Assembly (NCBI GenBank): GCA_965644295.1
Contig: CBFFRP010000277.1
Span: forward strand, 62,001-126,000
DNA from: Paraphysomonas bandaiensis
Taxonomy: Eukaryota > Protista > Chrysophyceae
Reading direction: 5' to 3'
Length of the DNA stretch: 64,000 bases
Shown here: positions 24,024 through 37,939 of the stretch, in pieces
Layout: each line of letters begins with the position of its first letter
Position numbering within the stretch: the first letter of the stretch is position 1
The notes under the pieces: model-generated
The model's database searches: none
Told to the model about the DNA's origin: nothing
What the model saw: only the letters and a program-made list of their open reading frames with translations
Made by a program: the position numbers and the translations under genes

Positions 24024-27000
24024 ATGTCGGAGACAATCATTAAACGATCTGGTAATGCCACAGACAGGAAGCAAGCCAATAAGGCACTCGGTACTGTCGG
24101 AGCTCTTCAGGGGGAGTACAAGACATGCAAGGAGAATGTCAGAGCCTCACAAGAGAATCTAGAGACACAAAAGTCAAGACTGAAGCTGAGTGAAGATAAA
24201 TTATCGGAAAAAAGAGATGCTCTCTGTGAAATTCAAGAGATTATTGATTCGGACTATCTTCCAGAGGGAGCTCAACCAGTGGGGCGGATCGAAGCACGGG
24301 ATCGCTTGAAGCTGGTATGAGATAACTATAGTGTTATTATTATATAATATTCTTCTGTGACAGGAAATTGGACATTTAGAGGCTATAGTTGCTGCACAAT
24401 TGAAAACTGTGAATGAAGCAAGAGAGCAGCTACGTATCGCTGAAAAGAAAATGTTCCTTGCGGATCAACAATTGAATAAATTCGTTGATACTATTGAAGA
24501 TTCTCAAATTATTTTGAAAGCTCAAGCTGATATGGATGCGGAAAGGTTCAACCTCTAAATTAACAGTACTTGATTTCATGCTATATATAGGGCGCACCGG
24601 TTGGCCGCAGCTGAAGAGGCGAGGGCGAAACGTCGCGAACGTGAAAATAAAGAAGCTATTGCAGCCCGTGCAAGCCAGCTTGCTGAACTTGAGAGCTTGG
24701 CACAAACTCAAGTGCAGGTGGCGAAGGAGGCCCACAAACATACCTCAGAGCGTGTTGCCAGTACCACAAAGAAAACAAGAGCAATGGTTGACCGCCTGGA
24801 AAAATTTCAGGAGGAAGAGTGGAAAGATCGCGCAGAAGCTGTACTAGAGCTTCGCACTAATCAGAATGCAGTGCGTGCCAAAGCTGCAACGGATTCAGCT
24901 AATCACAATCGGAAGATTAAGGAGCAGAAAAAGAAACTCGAGGATGAGAAGGGAGCCATGATAGCGAAAGGGTTGAACCCTTACGCAGAATTTCGACGGA
25001 GAGAAATCGATGCAGAGGATGCAAAGAAAGAAAAAGCAATCAAGAAATCAGTGGAGCTAAACAAAGCTGCCCTTGCTGAGCGATTGATTCGAGAGGAGGA
25101 AACACAGCGCAAAGCGGAGGCGGCCGAGAGGCGAGAGAAGGTGAGTGCACATAACCGACATTTGAGTGAACTAGAAGTAATCGATATTTATTTTAATGCA
25201 AGGCGTTTGAAAAGAAACACCGAGATGAGCTAGGCAGCCATATTATTGAAGAACGCAACAGGGAGTACTTAAGAAGTGTTACCACGGATGGTGTTGAGAT
25301 GCTTGATCCCACTGGTCGCGCGGCCCGCATTGACCCGTCTAAAATCACAGATATTCCTGATTATTCCTTTGGGCTTGGGAAATCTTCCCGAATTCCTCCT
25401 GCTTCAATGAAGAGGATAGTCGAAAAAATTCGAGGGGATCTAAAGGTAGATCGTGAGGAACTGGGAGAATATACTAGGCTCGTGCGCAGTCAAAGTGCTC
25501 ATGATGGTGACAAGTCAAAACCAGCTGCTAGCACAGCATCCGTGGACTCTTATGATGACTCCCTCACAGTAGATAACCGCAAAATTTCTGAATTTAAGGA
25601 GCTTGCACCTAAGAATGGCGCTATTCCTGGGGCTGAAGGTCTCGCATCGACAATAAATATGGCCGAGGAAGGGGACGTTGAACAGTTGATCCGAATTGTT
25701 GGAGATGATAATGGCACTCAAGATGTGGAGACTGTTGGCCTCGGCTTAGGCTCATCCGGGACCGCCAAATACAAAACTACACAACTGACAAAATTCGAGC
25801 AAGATGCGTTTGATCGAGCCAAAGTTCGCCAAAAGAAACGCGTGGAAGAAGGTACAATTCAAATCGCAGGTGGTCGAGAGTTCAAAGGCCAAGCATTTGT
25901 GGCTAGTCCAGATGTTATTGAATTCATCGATTTCCAAGTGGGTCGTGTATATCGCAAACGATTCACTCTGACGAACACATCCTATACATTTAATTCGTTC
26001 CGTATTCTTCCATTGGCAGATGATGTTATTGATTTCTTTGATATAACTTTTGATAAACCTGGTCGTATGTCAGCGGGAGTAAGCTGCTCCATTGATGTAA
26101 AGTTTGTACCAAAGCTGAACCAGGATATATTTTCTCATATCGAGTTCTACTCAGAAACTGGCCCTGTTAAAGTCCCCTTAAAGTGTCTAATTCGACGCTG
26201 TCGACCGGAAATTATAAATCCTGAGATTGATTTCGGATCTATTGTTATTGGTCAGCAGGCGAGAATTCCACTGAAGTTTAAGAATGTTGGAGCCATCGGT
26301 TCTAGATTTACTGTAACTCGAATTGATGAATCTGATGATGACTCAGCTGCAATTGATCCTGAAAGAAATAGTGAGGAAGATGGAGAGACTGATGTGAAAA
26401 GTAGAAAGTATTCGGAGAATAGAGGGGTTAATGTTGGTCAAGCTAGTGATGATGAAATGGAGGCTGCACTAAATATGGGTGAATTGGTCTCACGTGTGCA
26501 AAGACGTATGCAGGAGGATGTTCAGCGAAAGCTAAAAGAGAATCCTCACCCTCTTTGCGTGGAGCAGACTGAGGGCATTGTGGATGGTTATGGTGAGGCT
26601 TCTGTCTCTGTGCTATGCTCTCCTCTTTATGTTGGAGGTATCAAGCAGAAATTTTTAGTTACTTTTGAGGATGTGGACGAAAGCTTGCAATCTGTGGATT
26701 CTGCAGGTAACTATGTCAGGAAAGAGCAATACGTCAGCACGTTTAGCAGCGCGGAAGAGCTACCCATCTACCTTGCCAATGAGGACGTTAACATGAAATG
26801 TACGTTGCATGGGAGGATTTATCGGAAAAAGTTCGAATTGTGTAACCGATCCAACAATACGTGCGCGGTGTCAATTAAGATTCCTGCTCCATACAATCAT
26901 TTTATTGAGGTGAATCCCACAACAGTGTATGTTCAGAGTGGTTTATCACAAGCAGTCAATGCAAAATTTGCACCAGACCCGACTATTATTGAAAAGCTTA

Positions 27001-29330
27001 AATACTATTCTGTACTACATGAGGAAACAGAAGATGCGGCATCCCTAATTATCCCAGTAGAAATTAGGGTACGTTGTATGATATAACTGTGGAATTGTAT
27101 AACTTTTTTTAAGGTTGCTAACCAAGAACTTCCAGTATTTTTTCTTTTGAAAACCGATGTATGCTCATCAGTGGTCCGCTTATCGCATTCGTCCCTTGAT
27201 TTTGGTCGTGTGTATGTTTACCAACAGAAAACTCTTCAACTCAATGCCAAAAATATTAGTATGCTCCCGCAAAAGGTAGCATTTACCAATCTTCGTAAAG
27301 AGATATCTGTGCAGCCTAATGATGGGTTCGCGGTTCTGCTGCCGAATGAAGAGGTGGTGTTCGATGTTTCGCTGCGTCCGTTGTCAGCAGTTACTTATAA
27401 CATGAATGTAACGCTTACAACCTCCTTCAATGACACGTATGTAATCAAGGCCCATGGTGTTGGGGTTGAATCTCCGGTTATATTAGATAACCCTGTTATT
27501 CACATGAGGCCGTCCGTACCAGGTGAGAAGATAATAGAGAATGCAGTTGTCAGAAACAACACCAAAAGCAAGCAAGTCGTAGAAGTCGTGACGCCGGATT
27601 CGAAATTTTCGTGGCTAAAAATTTCACCTACAGTTGTAGAACTCCCTCCGAACAGTGCTGCTCGTTTGGAAGTTGAATACTTTCCACCAATTGATATATC
27701 CGATGATGACCCTATTGAATGGCATCAAAAGTTGGTGAATGAAAGAAGGGCCCAAGAAGATGACAATGCCGTCATAACAACTCCTTTTTCCGAGTGGGTT
27801 GAGGAGGATGGATGGGCGTATGGCTCTGGCCAGTTTGGAAGTATTCAATGGACAAAGAAAAACTGGACCAACTCAGAGGATGATTCCGGTTCAGTTCATG
27901 GCGTTGGGGCGGATGAATGGGGTATTGTCGGTAACTTCCATATCCCAATATTCATGAAACCATCATCTATAGGAGCTATAACAGATGAGAATCGCGATGA
28001 GATGATCAAACAGTTACAGCCACCATTATATTTATGTTTAGATACTGTCGTCGTAAAGCCCGAATTTATTGCTGATACAACTTTTATGGACTTTGGTCAA
28101 ATGGCAGTTGGAACCCGAGTTGTGAAGACGATAAAGGTTCGAAATATGAGTCTCAACCGAGATATGTCGCTGCGCACACTTGGTCTGAATGCGGTCGGAC
28201 CTTTTTCTGTAATCAATGCGAATAGGACTATGTATCCCTCTCAATGGCATACACTTGTCATCGAATGTAAACCCATGTTACAAGGACTTGTAGTGGAAGT
28301 GCTAGAATTGAGTTCAACTGATGGCGGCCCGCGCATTAATATCACGTTACGAGTACAAGGTGTCAATCCTACTGTTGAGATTGGTGGCCTAGATCCTGCC
28401 CAGCCAGGTTGGTCACCTTTGGGAGGAATCATCAGTTTTGGGAATATTGTTCCCAACGATATACGAACTAAAAAGTTTACGATTCAAAACAAATCGCTGT
28501 TTACAATAGAAGCATCAATACAACGAGCTATCTGCGCAAACGTGCCACCGGCAAAACAAGCAGAATTCTTGCAGCGCACAGCCAGTGGGTTGCCCTTGTT
28601 TTCTTGTCGACCAGAGTTTGCTGTCATTCCTGAAGGCGAAACAGTTGAGGTCGAAGTCACATTTCGTCCAGATCGCGCCAGACTTTTTCCCTACCGCGAA
28701 GATTTCAATATTCTCGTCGGGAAGGGTGATGACCCAATCAAAATATGTGCAACAGGACGCACTGTTTTTCGTCAAATGTTTGTCCGCCCAATTGATCCTA
28801 CCGATGAGCCATTCTATAATGACGCCATTTCGGACGAGAGAGATGAGGATCTGCTGCTTACCCACGCCTCTGAGAAGGTGCGTAGCCTCGCTCGTGAAAC
28901 AGCCTTCGATCTTGGTGTTGGTGTCAGTAAAATGCCTGTGCTACAACTGAAATACCCAGATCCATTCATCAATGACGACGGTGACGAGGAGCAAAAGTCG
29001 CAGACTCGTCAGCTTGCTATCTGTTGTGCTGAAATATTAGATGGACGCACAAACAGTAGTGCTGGATCTTTCGAATTCCAGCTCAGTGATGAAGCTAAGC
29101 AGAGTAATTATTTTTCGTGCACAAATGATAAAGGTAATGTGAATATTGGCGGCGAGGTGGTAATGTCGGTGACGTGTACTTTGCCCCGACCTAAAGGACT
29201 TGGAGGATTAGAGGTAGGAAGCTGGCAAACATTTGACTCTACTTTAAGTCTGAAGGGTGGATGGAAGGCTGATGGAGAGAGTTCAGATGTTACTGTACCT
29301 GTGTCATTGAGCGCGTATGTTAGACTATAA
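24024..29330 (+). CDS. CFAP74: Cilia- and flagella-associated protein 74, multi-exon
   Basis: N-terminal coiled coil with GLNPY; GREFKGQAF...IEFIDFQVGRVYRKRFTLTNTSYTFN and PGRMSAGVSC; repeated ASH/Ig-like domains; VQPNDGFAVLLPNE. Confidence 0.88.
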
Positions 29331-29989
29331 CTATTTTTGTTGAAATTTTAGTGTGTAATAAGATCGTATTTATTTGCAAAATGCTTAAACTTGTTTCATA
29401 ATTTTGATTGGGATAAAGTACTTTTGCTACAAACTATACCCTCAAACATCATGACAACAAAGAATATTTAGAATGACAAGTTGTTAGTTTTGAGATATAC
29501 TATATTGACAGATTATATCTGCACGTGTACATTATTGATATCCATTTCATATATTGAATGTCTGATTTTTTAGCAATAGGCGTTGAAAGCCTGCACCAAT
29601 TAGTGGCTAGAAGAATGCTAGTCATACTAGTTAGACTACTACCCGTAACTAATCCATTTCATATCCAATACTGCGAAATTGCATTAAGAGTAATATAAAT
29701 AAACATAGTTAATAACAGAAATAAACTGAATTTAGGACTGCGTAACAATTGACGCAGATTGTAAGCAGTTATAGTAGCAAATATTTTTTCCGATTAATTA
29801 ACTGACACTAAAATATGTATTCTAGCAGCCATACATTAGCTGCTAACAATAAAATTGTGACGATATAAGTTGAGTTATACAGTCACTACATTTCAATTTA
29901 TTCGGTCCCACACTGACATATATCTCGTGTAAATTTACTATGTTTACCGCAGTTCAAATGTAAGATCTAGATGAGAGTTCTACTCTGCT

Positions 29990-30200
29990 TACTGTCATGT
30001 GAGTGGTTCAGTTTATTATTGCGATGTGCACAGATGCTGTTGAATTGTTTATGATTTCAGAGCATCTGCTGACTAAAATACTCATGTCAGTGTCAGTGAT
30101 GTAGTGGGATCATATATAAGACAAGCAGAGGTTAGAGTGTTGCGCTATGACTCCCAATCACTAGTTTCTCATTGTATTGAGAGCCCTGCATCTGGACTGC
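29990..30200 (+). pseudogene. Possible heavily deleted pseudogene of an SV2-like MFS paralogue
   Basis: Short colinear peptides AMCTDAVELFMIS, RVLR and IESP resemble AFTADAMEVSLLS, WRVLA and PESPRW of the gene downstream. Confidence 0.3.
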
Positions 30201-30515
30201 TATTTATCTATATCGAGATACTCTATGCACAGTTCGTGTAGGTATATATGCATGTACACAGTACATGAAGGTCAGTGGATGATGACTGTCACTGACAGTC
30301 ATATCCATGTGCTCTGATCACCTCTACATCTGCAGTAGATGTCTGGATATTCATCTGGATATGCATCTCCTGATCATGCCCACTGCACGTTACTGTATGT
30401 GTGACGGCATATCCATACAGCATCATCAGCATACTGCAGACGAACTGGATGTATATGTATACCGTATACAGTACCACATACTGCTGTATACACACAGCAG
30501 TATACATATTTCGTC

Positions 30516-30560
30516 TATACCATACCATACCATACCGTACCATACCACACCATACCACAC
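30516..30560. repeat. (CATAC)n imperfect microsatellite
   Basis: cataccataccataccgtaccataccacaccataccacac. Confidence 0.9.
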
Positions 30561-30678
30561 TGCTGTGTCATACTGACATCTCCACATGCATATGGTATAC
30601 ATGCATTGGCATACACTCATATGATATCCTGCCCATATCATCTGCACACACCTCTCCATTTCTAATATTTCATATTGA

Positions 30679-32422
30679 ATGAAATCTGATTCCCATGACA
30701 GTATCTCTCACCGGGTGAGAGAGCGAACACTCAATGAGGTTATCGACAGCATGTCAGTTGGAAGGTTCCACTATATGATGCTGATGGTATGTGGACTAGC
30801 ATTCACAGCCGATGCAATGGTATATCCCTCTCTGTCTGTTTCTGTGTGGGTAATGTGACTGACAGGAGGTGTCTCTGCTATCGTTTATATCAACCTGTGC
30901 AGGTCTGCTTATCGTGTTGCTGCTATTGATTGTATGACCAGTGTGCTGCTAGGGCATGACTGGGATTTGAATGACAGTCAAATGGCATCCATTACAAGTA
31001 TTGTGTTTGCAGGAGAGTTAATGGGCTCCATGTTCTGGGGCCCGCTAGCAGACAAGTACGGAAGGAGACTTGTGCTCCTACTGAGTTAGTCTAATATTTG
31101 TACCCACAACTCTCAACTGATAGATTTTTGTGGCATACAGGCTGTAGTATAATATCGATAGTCGGATTTTGTAGTGGACTATCTCCAAATTACGTCTCCT
31201 TGCTCTTATTTCGGGGTGTGGTTGGTTTCGGTGTGGGTAAGACTAGCAGTGGTAATTATTTCTTCTGACACGTGTATGAAGGAGGTCTCTTTGTTCCGTT
31301 TGATATATTAGCGGAGTTCATGCCGGTTACACAGCGTGGAAAATTCTCACTGTATATATCCTATTTCTGGACACTTGGATCGTTGTTTGTTGCATCAGTT
31401 GCGTGGGGCCTTTTATCTACTAGAGGGTGGAGAGTCTTAGCTTTCATTACTGCAGTCCCTGTAACGCTATCCAGCATCCTTTCTATCACATTGCTTCCAG
31501 AGAGCCCCAGGTGGCTTGTAGTTCAGGGGCGAATCAAAGAAGCCGAGGAGGTGTTGAAGTGGGCAGCAAAGATAAACGGTACAGAGCTAGGTAAATTCAC
31601 ATTATCAGATGATGTGGAACGTGAGGAAATTGCGTCTGTAAAGGAACTTTTAAAGCCGCAACACATCGGGGTTTCGATTCCTTTATGGGTAGCCTGGTTC
31701 TCTTTTGGCTGTTGCTACTATGGCGTCATTCTCTTTGTTACCAAAGTGTTCGAAGACAACGGTGGAGATGACGATGATATCAGCTGCAGTTTTGATTACG
31801 CCGCAATCTTTTACAGTGCCGCCTCTGAGGTTGTTGGAGTGTTCATTACCATTCAAGTGATTGACTGGTGGGGTCGAATACCGACCCAGGCTCTTAGTTT
31901 TTGTCTAGCAGGGATTGGAATATTTTGTATGGGAATTAGTATGCCATTTGCACCACTAGTAGTGGTTTCCGTGTTTGCTCGTATGACAGCGGTGGCTGCT
32001 AATTCAGCCGTTTGGGTTTCAACACCTGAATTATTTTCAACTGAACTCCGTGCCACGGGACATTCTGTTGCTAACTGTATGGCTCGTATTGGTGCATTTC
32101 TTTCACCTTATGTAGCCGAATCGACAAGTATATCTCATTTTGTTATTGGTGTCATATTTGCTATTATTAACTTCATCGGTATGATTGCTGTATACTTCCT
32201 GCCCGAAACAAAAGGTAACCAATAATAGTCTCTTTAGCGGTTCTAATTTTTTTTGTAGGAAAAGATTTAGATACGGTATTCCGCCGTACAGTTATTATAT
32301 GTATTCATATTTGTTGTTTGCAGGCTGTGGAACCCAGACTGAGAGTATCTTCAGTATCGTTCGTCACACGACACAGCGTAGATTATGACGTACACGGAGA
32401 CACAAAGAATCCTATGTATTAG
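30679..32422 (+). CDS. SV2/SVOP-like major facilitator superfamily transporter, multi-exon
   Basis: GRFHY..L.VCGLAFTADAMEV, LADKYGRR, LAEFMP..QRG, LPESPRWL...G...EAE.VL, TPELFSTELRATG, LPETKG; includes a 17-nt micro-exon near 32259-32275. Confidence 0.92.
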
Positions 32423-33189
32423 ATGTAATAGAGGTGTTATTTTGATCCTTTGCACTTATGATCATCAAAACTGTACTATTTTTAAACAGTGTTACGTTCT
32501 ACACCTTAATCAGTCGTTGCTATAAGCTACATAATATATGTGAGTATATAATTTAATGATCACAACTGTGGAACTATATCAGTAGCAGTACAAAACCCGA
32601 TAACTATATCAACTCTAATGCCAGCAAAAATCAAAAATAATAGAAATACTTTAAAGACAAACAATAGATAACTGCAATATTATCTTGATATATTTTGGGC
32701 TCGATTGGTAGTAGCTAGCTAGTAGAGGTGACAACATGATGATGAAATCCCAATAATAATGCCGCAACTTGTACTCTTAGTATTCCAACTCTTCGTCAAT
32801 GTCACTGTGAGACTTAAGATGATGTAGCCTGACCTTCACGCTGCATTCGAGTTTTTCACTTTCCAAACCATTGTCTTTAACTTCTGAATTCTGTGTATGA
32901 AAACACTATAACACAGACCATCAGATATGGTTCCGAATGCAGTTACATATCATTTCTATTGTATTTCATGACAGCAATATAAAGCTACTGTTCTCGAGCG
33001 TATAAAATATATACATACTACATATATAGCACAGCAATCACCCTATATTCACGAGTTACAAGAGAAAAACTCTTGTTGCCATGCTTCTAACAGTTTGAAG
33101 TTGGCAATTTGATGCATAGCTTAATAAAGACAGTACAAATTCTATACCAATAATGAAAATCGTTCGTCGTTGCAGGTAACTATCAGAAT

Positions 33190-34551
33190 TGTTATGATAT
33201 GAAATTAGTATATAAGTTATGTATACTAGGCTACAACAAACTCCAACGTACGTAGATACATCATACAAAGAAACTGAAAATATAGTACCTGTTAAAGATA
33301 TGATTTGTAGAACAGAATATATTGGTGTTGGTGATTGCTGTGTTTCTACAATCACAGAGTGTCACAACATTATAATTTCACAATGTCTCTCTTAACGTAA
33401 TTCAGTCAATATTGTGTGCTACTATAAGTTTAATTTCATATGGTAGCCGATGGTAGTTTCACGAATGTAGCCTCAGGCTCAAAGGTACCTCCCTTCGAGG
33501 AACTGAACTTCAAGAAATTCCTACGTAGAGAGCTGCTGTTATGCCTGCTTTTGAATAAGCATTGCACAGTTCCATCAGGAAAGAGTACGCAATCTCGTTC
33601 CGGGTGTTCCAAAGTTTCTTTGCTTTGGTGCCTTGAGAGGAAGAGGTGGGCTCGATTGTGTATCTTGTAGAATGAGATGAAGAACTTCTTGAATGTACAA
33701 CTAAAGGGTTACTACACTCGAAGAGAGATTCCTTAATGTTGAAAAGAATACAGTACTGGCAGAGGTCCCAAAGTTCAATTCAATGAAGATTACCTCAAGT
33801 CAGTCAGGAGTGAGTTTGTCGACAGCGTTGAAACCCAGGCCAAGGTTCTAGAGAGTCTAGGTTGTGAAGTCACGGAAGACGACAAGCTCACTCGACTAAA
33901 GGAAGGCCTCACAGACAAGAAATATTCCCAGCTAACACACAGCCTGTATACAGCAAACGATGTGACATATATGCATGAGCCAGCAGCCTAATCAAAGGGT
34001 ATGAAAACACATCATTCGGCACGTATGTGTTACCAAATTCAGGGGAAGATAAAGCCAATCAAGCAGTCGATGACAGTAAATGGAAAGAGTACAAGGGAAA
34101 GGGAAATATGTGCACCCCAGAACATGTTATAAAGAGGATGGATGAAGGGGACAAGATCACAGAGAAAGATAGAGATCACAGAAACAGGGGTGAAAACAAA
34201 CTAAGCTACCTGTGTGTGAGATATGTGACATCTAAGGCCATCAGACTAAAAGACTGCTTCCACCTAAAGACTGCTAAAAAGCAGCAGTAGTCAGTTCTAA
34301 ACGCGGGCGAAACCCTAGAAGGGAAATGGCACCCTCAAAAAATGAAACCGGGAGTATAAGTACATGACTCAGAATATGAAGCGGAATATGAATCGATTGT
34401 ATGTGTTGAAGAAGAGGTGAATATGGCACAGAGCATGTCAGAAGATATATAGACAATGGATGCAGCAAGATGATTCTCACCTCTAAGAGACATATGAGTA
34501 ACCTTCAGCGCGCTTATAGGCACATGACCACAGCGAACAAAGGTACACTAT
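33190..34551 (+). mobile_element. Decayed, 3'-truncated Ty1/Copia element (LTR, PBS, frameshifted gag, zinc knuckle, protease start)
   Basis: LTR homologous to the solo LTR at 13519; PBS-like TGGTAGC at 33441; gag start MVADG..KVPPF; CEICDI*GHQTKDC knuckle at ~34215; protease YIDNGCSKMILTS...MTTANKGTL at 34447-34550. Confidence 0.8.
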
Positions 34552-35918
34552 CATATATTTACATAGTATACCTTTGATCGCTGTGGTCATCTGCCTATCA
34601 GCGCGCTGAAGGTTACTCATGTCTCTTAGAGGTGAGAATTATCTTGTTGCACCCACCAGGGCTGCGTATCAATTAATTGTCAATTATAATTGCAATTATT
34701 ACTTGCTGTCTCAATTTCAACTATTGCAATTAACTGCAATTAATTGCAATTAATTGCAATTATTTAGTACTAAAATACACTAGCTGCGAATATAGCTACC
34801 TCAACTGTCATTTCATTCCAGAGGCAACGATTCATGCGAAAATCATAATTAGCACTAAATGTTGAGGAGTCAAGCTCTTGAGCAAGCCCGTCATAACAAT
34901 CGTAGCTCTACTGAGCAACCTCTCAACCTTATTGGTTGTGCTATGCAAGTGTTTCATCCGTAACGCGTTTGCTTGTTAAGTCTTGCTCGCTTCCGCTGCC
35001 TGCTACCATCAAACAAACGTTGCGCTGCGTCGTCATTCGGAGCTAGACTCGCACCGTCATAATCTTCTTCTTCCTCATCGAACAAATATATTTTAGTTTG
35101 ATTCTTTGCCGTCCGAGCTACGGCTTCGTTGCCACATTGAATCTTCACGACTGCCTTTTCGAAAGCAGCGTTAAAAATAATAGCAGCACTGTCGCCCAGA
35201 TGACGCTCAACAATCGGGTGCATTATGAAGGGTTCGTCAATCAATGTGCAAACGTCGTGGAAGTCAAGCTGGTGTAACCTTACTTCTGTAATTGTACTAC
35301 ACTTATTTTTATAATACAGGGCATAATATACATGTATGTACTCTGTATATAGAGGTGGATAGTCCTACAATTAGACTTTTAACACATCGGAACCAAACTC
35401 GAAAGATCGCATATGATTAGATAGAAGCAAGTAGCGGTCAATCACGGAAAATGTGGAGCCCCTTTTCCTGCAGGACAAATCTCTATTGCAGCCTCTTCGT
35501 TATTATTATCATCATTTATTTACTTTCTCAAATATTTACTTTATTTACTCGTGCAATGACTTCTGGTGCCAATTTGTCGCTCCTATCGCTAATTAATTAA
35601 ATGAATTACTATGTGAGATAATCCTATGGATATTATAGTCTTTCACCAATCTTCGATTTTTATCCTAAAAATTGGATTTTTTACTAAAAATGCCGTTTTT
35701 TAACAACTTTTCAGCACAAAAAGGTGGGTTTTTTAATATCAATTAATTGCAATTAATTGACAATTAATTGAAGCTAGCTGGAGTCAATTATAATTGCAAT
35801 TATGAATCGATGTCCCAATTTCAACAATTGCAATTTCAATAATTGACAATTAATTGAAAATCAATTAATTGATACGCAGCCCTGGCACCCACTGTCTAGA
35901 CATGATCTGTGCCATATT
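34420..35918. repeat. Fold-back inverted repeat (~125-bp arms, 11-nt loop), right arm split by a hAT element
   Basis: Left arm 34420-34551; right arm 34563-34656 plus 35893-35918; roughly 90% complementary by eye with two small indels. Confidence 0.9.
34657..35884 (-). mobile_element. Non-autonomous hAT element, family B (1228 bp)
   Basis: TIR CAGGGCTGCGTATCAATTAATTG...CAATTAATTGATACGCAGCCCTG; perfect 8-bp TSD GCACCCAC (34649-34656, 35885-35892); AATTGCAATT subterminal arrays; transposase C-terminal relics on the minus strand (AFEKAVVKIQ; NKVERLLSRA..MTGL..SLTPQHL). Confidence 0.92.
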
Positions 35919-36200
35919 ATGAGTTATGAAGATTAATGACTAATCAAATATATTTTCAAAGACACACAAGCATGAACAATATATTGCGAGCCCAAAATTT
36001 GCTAGAATAATAAATCTGTTGTAGCAGGCGAAACTAAATACTTACAATATTTGTATTGCAATTCAATATATATTTACCTGACCTGTTCCCTAATCGCAAT
36101 AGGGAACAAAACACATCTTGAATAAACAATATATAGATATTTTAGTTACAGAATCAAATAATTCAGGCAACTATATTGATGCCTATGACGACTTCAGTCC

Positions 36201-37544
<1,344 letters not shown>

Positions 37545-37939
37545 CTAACACAGAAGCAGTAAGAACGATGAAGAGGTAAGGAGCATCTAACATACCTTTG
37601 ACAAAAAGTGTTGACTTTAGAGCAAACTTCCCAACTATGAAACGTTGAAAATAATGAATTGAGTGTGGATTCATTTTGCAACAGCTCACCGGCCGTTACA
37701 TCAACTGACATCAAATCTTGAATAGACAGCACTGTATAATCTGTATACGGTGCTGTATACTGGAGACAACAATATATTTCTTGAAATTTTTATGGTGTGA
37801 TATCATTGGTTGGAATTCTCCGTATCATTCTCGTTGTGTGAGTTGTCAGGGCCACAGGACATGTAGGCATATATATGTACGATCATATCTTTGCAACATT
37901 AATTAAGATATTTATATACTTACAAAGAGTTACTGTGTA

